Below, in pieces: positions 9,203-17,177 of a stretch of 32,000 nt of DNA. This DNA comes from Candidatus Kuenenia stuttgartensis (lineage in GTDB: Bacteria > Planctomycetota > Brocadiia > Brocadiales > Brocadiaceae), in NCBI RefSeq assembly GCF_900232105.1, contig NZ_LT934425.1, positions 3,120,001 through 3,152,000 on the forward strand, in the 5' to 3' direction. Below the pieces are notes generated by a model. That model made no database searches. It was not told the DNA's origin and was given only the letters and a program-made list of their open reading frames with translations. Every line of letters begins with the position of its first letter. The stretch's first letter is position 1. The translations under genes and the position numbers were made by a program.

Positions 9203-12200
9203 TTATTCATAACCATGCGCTATGGCAAGGGATTTGTCCTTTTTGCATTTTGCTTTAACTCTTTCCGACCAATACTTCATTGCAATATGTGCCCAGTCAT
9301 ATTTACCAGATTCCAAATCTTTCCAGTATTTTGGAGGCTCGCTCCATGGTATCACAGTATGAAGCGGTGCCATGTTTAATATCACTCCATCGTCAAAGTT
9401 TGGATCGTAGCCCATCTTTGCAACCTTCTCCAGTTCCTCTTTGAACTCTGTTATCTCCTGCCTTAATTCATCTAGCTTTTCCAGTTCCTTTTCATAGGTT
9501 AGCTTATCTCTTCCGTCAGTATTTACGACCTTTTGAGATACCTCTAAAATCTGGCTGGAAATAAGGTTTAGCTTTGGCTCAACGTAGTTCCGTAATATTT
9601 TAAAAAGGGTGTCGTTATCCAATTTGTGATAATAGAGCCAAATTCCATAGTTTTTCTTTTTCGTTTGGAGAAGCCAATATATCGGTGCTTTGCGACGACT
9701 CTTTGAGTATCTTTTGATATGAAAGTCAAAGAATCTCTTTGGTTGCCTGAAATAGTCACGAAGGCTTTTTACATCAAGAATCTCCAATATCTCCCGCTCT
9801 CGTTCGTCCGCATGTTCACCATAGATTAAAACCAACACTTCATGCACTTTTTTTACAATATCATTGCTGTGTCCTTCATCATCAACTAAAATGCCGTTCC
9901 AATCAACCTGTATCGGGTAATCTTTGTCAGCAATAGTGGGATTTGGCACGTCCGTTGGAACATCAAGCACATTAACCCGCCTTTTTAGCCATGCTTCACT
10001 GACGATACTCCCCAAAGTCGCAGGATAACCATCTGGAGAGAGGAGCATTCCAGGTGAGCATACAGGCATCGGATCAAATGGGTTTGCGAGTTTTGGAATG
10101 AGTGATTTATCTAAAGCCATCCGCACATCCCAACGACCAAAGACGGCACCAATGCACCACATAAGCAGATTTTGAACACGATCAACAATGCTTTCGGAAA
10201 TGATCTCTTCTTCAGTTTCAGCTTTGTCTGATTCCTTTTCCACTTCATCTTGTACTTGAATAGTTTGTCCTAATTCGTGTTCAATAATTCTGCGATCAGT
10301 AAAATCAATATCATATAAGTCATAGATAATATTATTGACTTTCAACTGTATACAGACAATTTCATTATTTTTTTTGATTTCTTTCTCTTGAATATCTTCA
10401 CTCGTTTCTGATAAAGGGATGTTAATCAATCTAAGTAGAGGTGGAACTAAAAAAACATGAGTTGTTTCATCGCCGTAATAAAGTGATTGTTGACAATTAA
10501 CGATTTTTAACGACAATTCTGTTAATTTATCGACATTGGGTTTCTTAACTGGTATTCTCTGCACTTGACCAACTTCATAACCATGTTGAGCTCTTAGCAT
10601 CATAATAAACTTCTCAGTCAAGGTACTATTAAAAAAACCCAAAGCATTTAATAATCCAAATTCTGAGAAAATCGCTATTCCTTTATGGCTAAAAATACAA
10701 CCTGCGTTCATCTCTCTTGAATTGAAACGTCTATTTACTAATGGATATGTCAATCCAGAACGAAAGTAATAATCTGGATTTCTAATTACTGAACCTGCAA
10801 ACAAATACAGTTCTCTACCTTTATATTTATAATTTACTACCAAATGAATATCTGAATAATATGGAGAATACTCTCCACCCTTAACAAAAGTTGCCCATCT
10901 TTTATTTGCTGTCTGTTCTACGAAAATAGTTTGCTGCTCAGAAATATTTTCGTCTTTCACATTTAACCAATCAGCCCATTTTATTGCGTTAATATCTGTT
11001 GGTTTTACTTCCCAGTTTGCACGAACAAAACGAAAATCATCAGCAGTTGCAAGCCCTTGTTTTACTGTTCCCCCATTTCCTTCAAATGGTGGAAACTCCT
11101 TAAACTTATTCCTGATCCTATCGCAGACCCAATAGGAGAAAGGTGTATTCGGCACAAGGGAAAATGAGTCCAATTGTATATCAAAACGTTTCTCGCTTTG
11201 AGCATTCTGTATAGCTTCCAACAACTTTTCGCCTTTAGCATCAACATCATCCTTTAGTAATCTAAAGAAAATTGCTTTTCTTCCGGTTGCGGGAGTTTTT
11301 TCGATTGTATAAGCGGCTGTTTCAACCATCGCCTCAAGGACACCGAAACCAAAATCTGCAACGGCATGTAAACTTGATTCCTTCATCAGTATCTCTTCTC
11401 TCCACTTTGTAAAGCTAGAAAGGAAAAAGCCTGTCCTGCTTGAGATAATCCCAATAAAGCCTTTATCATGAAGCAATTGAAGGATCCGCTCTACAAATGC
11501 GGCATAAACATCATTTTTGGTTCGGGGGTATGTCTTGTCAATATATCCCCTAGACGGTAAGCTTGCTGCTCCAAACGGTGGATTCATCAAGACAACATCA
11601 AAGCGATTCTGCAACACTTCTACAAACTGAAACCCCCTGATTGATTCCTCTGCAAACAGCCGTCTGCTATAACCGTGATTTTCTGCTTTAACTTTCTCCG
11701 CATAATCTCTCAGGGCAGAAAAAACCTTCTCCTCTGCCTCTTTGAAGAAATCCTCATCTTTTATCTCTGATAAGGAGAGCGATAATTGCCTGGGCTCTGA
11801 TTTTCCAAAAAGGGGCACTTGAACCGGCTTCAGCGGGCCTTCCCATTTTCGCTTTGCCTCTTGTATTGCTGCTCTCAACTCCTGCTCTATTTGTAATAAT
11901 GAGCCTGCCTCACCAGCAAGCTTCATCTTTTCCCATACATTTCTCACCAGATCACCCAAAAGGGCAGGTTTTAGCGTGGAGACAAAATCCTCAAAAAGCT
12001 TCTGGTTACCTGGCATTGGTTCCGCACAAATAAAGTGTGCATTCCTTACTCTTGGTCTGTCTTCCCTGCGTATCTTGACCCACTCCCTCTGCGCCCTGAG
12101 CCAGAGGGCAAGGGCGGCAATCTGAATTGCTCTCAGGTCAATGTCTATGCCATAGAGGTTATTTTCGAGTATCAGGCGAGGGATCTCACGCTCAAATGCA

Positions 12201-13252
12201 TCTTTATCAGGATAATCTTTCTGTAATGCTATTCCCAGGTCTTTATCGTCATAAGCCTCTCTGTATATAATCATCAGCAGGTTAAATACATACAGCAGAA
12301 AATGCCCGCTACCGCATGCCGGATCAAGTATCTTTAGCAATCGCGGGTCTTTTTTCTCACGGAAAGGAACCTGAAAGCTATCTGCTTGTGCAGCCGGTTT
12401 TTCATCCCTCTGAAGGAATACCTCATTCCTGGGCTTGACCATATATTCGCAGTATTCTGAAAGCCTGGTATTCCCCTGCATAATCTCATACCACATCCTG
12501 CCGAGGGTATTATCAGTGAGAAACTGCACAACGTATCTTGGCGTATAGAATTGATTGCGGAATGCCAGTTCCCAGGAATTGCGTGGTGCAGAGCTTTCAG
12601 CCCTTGCCTGCTCCCTGATCTCTTTTGGCGTGAAATATTGATAAATCCACCCGATGGTTTCATCAAAATCCCATATATTGTCAATCTCCGGATTATTTAT
12701 GATTTCTAAAACAGCCTTTAATGCCCGCGGTCTTGGAAATACATAAGATGAAAGGTCTTCCTGGTCAAAGAGGACTTTAATCTCCTCTGCAACTTCTCTG
12801 CATTGGTACAAAATATAATCCTGGTAAGCAATGTCTATGTCATCAAGCTGTGATAAATCAGTCTTTTTTAACACATCCACCACGTAGTGGACGAAACCAT
12901 TGGATTTGCTGCCGCGGGAAACAGTCTCCCGGATGACCTTTCTCCGCTCCATGAGTTTCAAGGCCACAAGACGGTTCAGGTGGGTAAATGTCAAACCAAG
13001 TATCAATCTTTCCACAGCTTCATGTCTCTTGCTTCCGGCCACAGTTTCCCGCTCAATGACGTATGCAAATCCTTCACGGGCTTTTATTACGTTCTGATCA
13101 TCTTTGATTTGTGGCAAGCGGGAGATATCTTCGATAGTTCCATCTTTGTGCAGTCCAAATGCACCTTCAAGTAACTCACCTATCTCCTTTAAAAGCGCTT
13201 TACGCGCATCCTGCACCATCTTTTTTATTTTATTACGGATTTCTTTATCCAC
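9203..13252 (-). CDS. pglX: BREX N6-adenine DNA methyltransferase / specificity subunit PglX
   Basis: 1349-aa track ORF. SAM-binding motif I ILDPACGSGHFLL, catalytic motif IV VVLMNPPFG. Long C-terminal half as in type IIG/IIL-like PglX. 9 nt after brxB. Confidence 0.92.
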   Translation of the reverse strand: MDKEIRNKIKKMVQDARKALLKEIGELLEGAFGLHKDGTIEDISRLPQIKDDQNVIKAREGFAYVIERETVAGSKRHEAVERLILGLTFTHLNRLVALKLMERRKVIRETVSRGSKSNGFVHYVVDVLKKTDLSQLDDIDIAYQDYILYQCREVAEEIKVLFDQEDLSSYVFPRPRALKAVLEIINNPEIDNIWDFDETIGWIYQYFTPKEIREQARAESSAPRNSWELAFRNQFYTPRYVVQFLTDNTLGRMWYEIMQGNTRLSEYCEYMVKPRNEVFLQRDEKPAAQADSFQVPFREKKDPRLLKILDPACGSGHFLLYVFNLLMIIYREAYDDKDLGIALQKDYPDKDAFEREIPRLILENNLYGIDIDLRAIQIAALALWLRAQREWVKIRREDRPRVRNAHFICAEPMPGNQKLFEDFVSTLKPALLGDLVRNVWEKMKLAGEAGSLLQIEQELRAAIQEAKRKWEGPLKPVQVPLFGKSEPRQLSLSLSEIKDEDFFKEAEEKVFSALRDYAEKVKAENHGYSRRLFAEESIRGFQFVEVLQNRFDVVLMNPPFGAASLPSRGYIDKTYPRTKNDVYAAFVERILQLLHDKGFIGIISSRTGFFLSSFTKWREEILMKESSLHAVADFGFGVLEAMVETAAYTIEKTPATGRKAIFFRLLKDDVDAKGEKLLEAIQNAQSEKRFDIQLDSFSLVPNTPFSYWVCDRIRNKFKEFPPFEGNGGTVKQGLATADDFRFVRANWEVKPTDINAIKWADWLNVKDENISEQQTIFVEQTANKRWATFVKGGEYSPYYSDIHLVVNYKYKGRELYLFAGSVIRNPDYYFRSGLTYPLVNRRFNSREMNAGCIFSHKGIAIFSEFGLLNALGFFNSTLTEKFIMMLRAQHGYEVGQVQRIPVKKPNVDKLTELSLKIVNCQQSLYYGDETTHVFLVPPLLRLINIPLSETSEDIQEKEIKKNNEIVCIQLKVNNIIYDLYDIDFTDRRIIEHELGQTIQVQDEVEKESDKAETEEEIISESIVDRVQNLLMWCIGAVFGRWDVRMALDKSLIPKLANPFDPMPVCSPGMLLSPDGYPATLGSIVSEAWLKRRVNVLDVPTDVPNPTIADKDYPIQVDWNGILVDDEGHSNDIVKKVHEVLVLIYGEHADEREREILEILDVKSLRDYFRQPKRFFDFHIKRYSKSRRKAPIYWLLQTKKKNYGIWLYYHKLDNDTLFKILRNYVEPKLNLISSQILEVSQKVVNTDGRDKLTYEKELEKLDELRQEITEFKEELEKVAKMGYDPNFDDGVILNMAPLHTVIPWSEPPKYWKDLESGKYDWAHIAMKYWSERVKAKCKKDKSLAIAHGYE

Positions 13253-13261
13253 CAGAATACC

Positions 13262-13840
13262 TCAGTAAATTTTTACCCTGTAATTATAGCCGCTAATGCC
13301 CTCTATTTCCTGAATGTCCATGAACCTAAGCTCGTTTTCGCCTTCTCTTGCACCCGGGTAAAATAAAATCATAGGGACCATAGTTCGGCGGTGCATCTCG
13401 TCCAGAAGTTTACTCATACGGTAAATTGCTGGCGCCAGGGCTGCTGCCCGTGTAAGGAACACAATATCGATTTTGGGATTAAGCCCTTCCATAAGTTTTT
13501 GAAGCATATCAGGCAATGGGCTGAGCTTTGAGAGGATATTGTTTACAGTTGACTGTGTCCTTTGGAATCCAAATTTTTTCTCTGTTTGTATAACATAGGA
13601 TAACCCACGTGTTTTCTCAATTCCTTCCCATATGGATTTTGCCAGAGAAATGGTAGTAACCTTCCTTCCTTTATTGTTTAATCTGGTGGCTAAACGGGAG
13701 ACTTCTTCGCGTAGTTTATATTCTTCCTGCGGTGGATAGCAGAAGATGGCAAAGGGCAAATCATGGTATGCGCTGATACGTAAGGGGTCTGATACCAAAT
13801 CCTGTTCCAGATTATCAATACGCTCCCGAAGCGATGTCAT
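13262..13840 (-). CDS. brxB: BREX protein BrxB (DUF1788)
   Basis: 192-aa track ORF. ...YHDLPFAIFCYPPQEEYKLREEV... resembles DUF1788. Sits between brxA and pglX; 26-nt overlap with the brxA end. Confidence 0.85.
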   Translation of the reverse strand: MTSLRERIDNLEQDLVSDPLRISAYHDLPFAIFCYPPQEEYKLREEVSRLATRLNNKGRKVTTISLAKSIWEGIEKTRGLSYVIQTEKKFGFQRTQSTVNNILSKLSPLPDMLQKLMEGLNPKIDIVFLTRAAALAPAIYRMSKLLDEMHRRTMVPMILFYPGAREGENELRFMDIQEIEGISGYNYRVKIY

Positions 13841-14603
13841 GAGCTAACTCCTCCGTTGAATGATAGGGAAATTCTATGCGGATGAGCCTTCCAGCGGCAT
13901 GGTATTTCAGGTATCCTGTCTGATGCGATTCAAGAAACATACGTTCCACGGCCTGGGGTTTGAGGAGAAACAACTTCCAATCCTCATTTTGAATAATAAG
14001 CTCTCCGGTAGAAACCCGTGAATGGATAAGAAATGCAACATACGCAAATGCTTCAATGGGCAGGTAGAAGTTGGCTATCTGTTTTTTCGACTTACCTTCC
14101 AATATACCAAAGTCCCTCAGAGTTGACATTACCCCCCGTGATAGCCTTCCCTTTACTGAATCACTCCACATCTGGTCAAACATGCCGGGTTTTGCACTTT
14201 CTATAAATTTGTATACATCTCCTGATGAAATAGCAAGTTGTCCTGCGTAATATCGGTCAAAAAGATCAAGGATCACGAAATCATAAAAGAAATCGTCAAT
14301 TTTTGCTGTGTGATAATACATAATAGAGCGGATAATGGATAAATCAACATTTTTAGCGCATAAAATTTTCAGAGCCTTCCATGCATAGCTTGACTCTTTT
14401 GTAACAAACCGGGCGAGGAAATATCGTTTAACAATCTCATTGGTCCATGAACGGGATCTCTTTCCTAAAACATTTTTGCGCACGATCTGCTCCACCCACG
14501 TATTAATATCTACCGCAGGATCGAATATATCTAATAAAATGCGCGTTTCATCAATGAATGCGCCGCCGTGTGCTAACCATGTCATGTATTTTTTTTCTGC
14601 CAT
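13815..14603 (-). CDS. brxA: BREX protein BrxA (DUF1819-like)
   Basis: 262-aa track ORF, first gene of the cluster. N-terminal pattern Y..WL..GGAFIDETRILL....W...I...NVLGKRS fits my recollection of DUF1819. Longer than typical BrxA. Confidence 0.75.
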   Translation of the reverse strand: MAEKKYMTWLAHGGAFIDETRILLDIFDPAVDINTWVEQIVRKNVLGKRSRSWTNEIVKRYFLARFVTKESSYAWKALKILCAKNVDLSIIRSIMYYHTAKIDDFFYDFVILDLFDRYYAGQLAISSGDVYKFIESAKPGMFDQMWSDSVKGRLSRGVMSTLRDFGILEGKSKKQIANFYLPIEAFAYVAFLIHSRVSTGELIIQNEDWKLFLLKPQAVERMFLESHQTGYLKYHAAGRLIRIEFPYHSTEELAHDIASGAY

Positions 14604-14809
14604 TCAGAATAACCAACCCTAATGTTTGTATTTTTAAATGAAGGCGGTATGACAACCAAATATTACTTAGTTCCTTAACTAAACCACTCTCTATGCGGGT
14701 GTGAATAGCAAAAGCGGTGCTATTGTATCTACAAAAAAATATTCTTTAGTATATTGCGAGTAGGAATGTTTTAAGGTTCGCACTGGAGCAGAAGAAAACA
14801 AGGACAAAG

Positions 14810-14947
14810 GTAACACTTTAGTTTTTTGAAAAATTCCAATAATCGCAATGTAGGGGCGAAGCATTTGCTGTAAATTGTCATAAATGCGTTCATACCCAAA
14901 ACGGGCAAATGCTTCGCCCCTACTTTTTCAAAAAACTAAAGTGTTAC
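14810..14947. mobile_element. 138-bp MITE, copy A
   Basis: Perfect 24-bp terminal inverted repeats GTAACACTTTAGTTTTTTGAAAAA. Inner 19-bp inverted repeat GTAGGGGCGAAGCATTTGC / GCAAATGCTTCGCCCCTAC. Perfect 8-bp TSD GGACAAAG at 14802-14809 and 14948-14955. Confidence 0.85.
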
Positions 14948-14962
14948 GGACAAAGGCGTTTA

Positions 14963-15829
14963 TCAAATTAAGTAGATGATGAACTGTATCAGATACCACT
15001 CATCGGGGTATAATCCCTTCTGCCCAGATAAATCAATCTGATGATAAGTTTTGAGCGATACCATCTCACGATGATTGGAGTTAGCTAGTTCTTCGGCCTC
15101 ATCAGCCTGGAAAGTAAACTTTCAGTCAGAAGTATTGCAACATGAGCGACACACACGTGGAAGTGAGGTGTACCCCATTGTCAAGACAGATTTGATCGAT
15201 GCGCTTCCCTCTTGTTTGTAGCTATAGTAGTAGAAGGCTTTGAAAGGATCCAACAGATCAACTATTCGGGCTTGTATCTTCTGATTTCACTCCCCGTAAG
15301 CCGGAAATACTTCGCATGCTTTGTTGAGTTTATCTTTTTCAAAGTATGCTTTGTATGCAACAATCGATCCTTTAGTGTCAAGGTGTTTTTTCAATAGCTT
15401 TAATAATTCCGGACGTGGATCGTCTTTGCCTTCTGCCAAATAACTGATGTGCTCAAGTTTACTCTTTGGTGATGCTTGAATATGAAGCGAGAACTGAAAT
15501 GGAATCTGTTGATACGGCTTTACAGAATCAAACATCAGTATTGCAGTTCCGATAGTCTCAAAATCAAAATCAAGGTAACACTTTAGTTTTTTGAAAAATT
15601 CCAATAATAACGATATTTTGCCGAACGATGTAGGGGCGAAGCATTTGCATGCTTGGGCATGAACGCATGTATGCCCGTTATAGCAAATGCTTCGCCCCTA
15701 CGTTTTCAAAAAATTAAATTGTTACAAATCAAGATTATAATTGTAATCTCTATTTAAGTAAAATTCTCCAAAAAACGCAGCTTTTCTACAGTATAGTAAT
15801 TCCAATGCATACAGGGTTTCTTGAATAAT
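14963..15829 (-). pseudogene. DUF2779-family (nuclease-like) gene remnant, interrupted by MITE copy B and carrying a frameshift and an in-frame stop
   Basis: Minus-strand translation gives ...NLDFDFETIGTAILMFDSVKPYQQIPFQFSLH...AYKAYFEKDKLNKACEVFPAYGE*. After a frameshift it reads RIVDLLDPFKAFYYYSYKQEGSASIKSVL, then an in-frame TGA. 'lDFEt..PyqqiPFQFSlH' and 'GS.SIK.VL' fit my recollection of DUF2779. The reading frame continues across the MITE once one TSD copy is removed. The bulk of the N-terminal part is missing (stop at 15830-15832). Confidence 0.65.
15575..15725. mobile_element. 151-bp MITE, copy B (inserted in the DUF2779 gene)
   Basis: Same TIRs and inner 19-bp inverted repeat as copy A. 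Perfect 8-bp TSD AAATCAAG at 15567-15574 and 15726-15733. The central loop is in reverse orientation relative to copies A and C. Confidence 0.85.
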
Positions 15830-15863
15830 TCAGGAAAGCAACGGCGGCTTTTAGGGCGGTAAC

Positions 15864-15962
15864 TCAAGCCTTCTTTTTAGCCTTTTTATCTGCCCTCTTT
15901 TCTTTGAGGGTTTTGGTAGGTTTTTTCTTTTCTTCTTTACGAGAGTCTTTTCCTTTACTCAT
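15864..15962 (-). CDS. Possible 32-aa lysine-rich small protein
   Basis: Own translation: MSKGKDSRKEEKKKPTKTLKEKRADKKAKKKA*. Strong AAGGAG 8 nt upstream of the ATG. Below the ORF-track size cutoff; no homology recognised. Confidence 0.3.
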   Translation of the reverse strand: MSKGKDSRKEEKKKPTKTLKEKRADKKAKKKA

Positions 15963-16060
15963 TTTTTTTCTCCTTTTTATAGATGAACTGATATGAAATT
16001 GTTTTCTCCATGTGATGCAATATTAAAACAAAAAACGAAGATGATTGCCATTTTTTTATT

Positions 16061-16207
16061 CTAAACTGGTTGCCATTTCAGTGCTGAGACTATGCCTGTC
16101 GCGAGGGCAATTCCCGTCGAAGGTTCTTCTTTGGGTACCCCCATAAAGGTTGCAAACACGGCCACGTCGTAGTTTTGGCGCCACTCGGTACTGGAAATTG
16201 TTAAAGG
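16061..16207 (-). pseudogene. Remnant of a Lon-type (peptidase S16) protease domain
   Basis: Own minus-strand translation: PLTISSTEWRQNYDVAVFATFMGVPKEEPSTGIALATGIVSALKWQPV*. It aligns by eye to the Lon catalytic-Ser region (E. coli [35 protein letters not shown]). Only 48 codons; bounded upstream by MITE copy C and downstream by a premature stop. Confidence 0.4.
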
Positions 16208-16214
16208 TCAATTT

Positions 16215-16365
16215 GTAACACTTTAGCCTTTTGAAAAATTCCAACAATAACGATGTTTGCCGCATAGTGTAGGGGCGAAGCATTTGCCATAAATTGTCAT
16301 AAATGCGTTCATACCCAAACTGGCAAATGCTTCGCCCCTACTTTTTCAAAAAACTAAATTGTTAC
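16215..16365. mobile_element. 151-bp MITE, copy C (no target-site duplication)
   Basis: TIRs GTAACACTTTAGCCTTTTGAAAAA / TTTTTCAAAAAACTAAATTGTTAC and the same inner 19-bp inverted repeat. Flanks GTCAATTT versus AAAAAACA do not match. Confidence 0.75.
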
Positions 16366-16526
16366 AAAAAACATCACTTTTTTTTAAATAGTGTAAAACA
16401 TCTTTGAAAAACGTGGGAAAAAGGCGTCTTTACTTTTCAGGAAAGAAACATATTTTGAATGAAAAACCGTAAATAGCAGAGAAAAAAGCATGCTCACCTA
16501 TCGCTTCAAAAAATATATCTTATTGG

Positions 16527-16556
16527 TTGATAACTATCATTGTGGTAGTGTAAAAT
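16527..16556 (+). promoter_or_regulatory. Sigma-70-like promoter with a Fur/PerR-box-like sequence, far upstream of the rubredoxin cluster
   Basis: TTGATA (16527-16532) - 18 nt - TAAAAT (16551-16556). TGATAACTATCATT overlapping the -35 loosely resembles AT-rich Fur-family boxes. About 435 bp upstream of the rubredoxin ATG, with MITE D in between. Confidence 0.25.
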
Positions 16557-16714
16557 ATATATGCTTGCATACGAATTAAAAATTTGTCTTCCTGTTTCAG
16601 CGGAAAGAAATAGGGCTTGATTGCCACCTAATTTATTGCTTGGCCTTTAAAATAATTGTAAGATTATATGTTTTTTGTCGTGATAAAGATTTAAATTCGG
16701 TATATAAAAAAAGG

Positions 16715-16972
16715 GTAACTATTCAGCGTAAACGATACACGGCTCGTTCCCAAACTCCAGTTTGGGAATGCATTTGTTCGAGAAACTCCGGTTTCTCGCC
16801 TGTTTGCTGATAGATAGGGAATAAAATCACAGGGTTAAGACAGTTTGTAATTCGTCAAGTCTGACACGCACTGGAAACAAAGTTTCCAGTGCAATTGTGT
16901 TCCCAAACTGTGGTTTGGTAACGAGTTGCGCTCTGATCTCCGGTAGTTTAATAAATTACGCTGAATAGTTAC
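16715..16972. mobile_element. 258-bp MITE-like element, copy D, in the rubredoxin leader
   Basis: Perfect 17-bp TIRs GTAACTATTCAGCGTAA / TTACGCTGAATAGTTAC. Perfect 8-bp TSD AAAAAAGG at 16707-16714 and 16973-16980. Interior carries four small hairpins (TTCCCAAACT/AGTTTGGGAA, CGAGAAAC/GTTTCTCG, CACTGGAAAC/GTTTCCAGTG, CCAAAC/GTTTGG). Confidence 0.75.
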
Positions 16973-16990
16973 AAAAAAGGAGGATTTATA

Positions 16991-17152
16991 ATGGAAAAAT
17001 GGGAATGTAGTGTTTGCGGCTACGTATATGATCCGGAAAAAGGTGACCCGGATAACGGGGTTGCACCTGGGACTTCTTTTGAATCGATACAAGATGATTG
17101 GGTCTGCCCTTCATGTGGTGCGAACAAGGATTTATTTGACAAACTCGACTAA
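16991..17152 (+). CDS. Rubredoxin
   Basis: Own translation (53 aa, below track cutoff): [53 protein letters not shown]. Both CxxCG knuckles are present. AAGGAGG RBS 7 nt upstream. Confidence 0.9.
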   Translation: MEKWECSVCGYVYDPEKGDPDNGVAPGTSFESIQDDWVCPSCGANKDLFDKLD

Positions 17153-17177
17153 TGGTAATTTTTTTCATCTTATTCTT

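Noticed and set aside
10368-10375. A8/T8 homopolymer inside pglX as a phase-variation switch
   Set aside because: Runs of 7-8 A/T are common in this AT-rich block. The gene is in frame, and there is no evidence of length heterogeneity from a single sequence.
14604-14809. Promoter for brxA
   Set aside because: Several weak -35/-10 combinations are visible, but none has good hexamers at proper spacing, so I cannot support a specific call from sequence alone.
15287-15604. Track ORFs 15287-15604 (105 aa) and 16056-16283 (75 aa) as intact genes
   Set aside because: Their N-termini (MEFFKKLKCY..., ...LLEFFKRLKCY...) are translations of the MITE terminal repeat. The first is kept only as part of the DUF2779 pseudogene. 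The second is in the wrong frame relative to the Lon-like remnant.
14810-16365. Three near-identical ~140-150-bp repeats that could be mistaken for a CRISPR-like or tandem array
   Set aside because: Each unit is itself a terminal-inverted-repeat element with its own target-site duplication. Spacing is irregular (627 and 489 bp between copies). The intervening DNA is pseudogene debris and no cas genes are present.
17010-17177. Long N-terminal extensions of track ORFs (17010 for the cytochrome, 24589 for Hsp20, 26389 for MAT, 25259 for the zinc-ribbon protein)
   Set aside because: The extensions overlap upstream genes or lack an RBS. Internal ATGs have better Shine-Dalgarno spacing and give N-termini matching the family (signal peptide, MAT start MEIIIEQ...).
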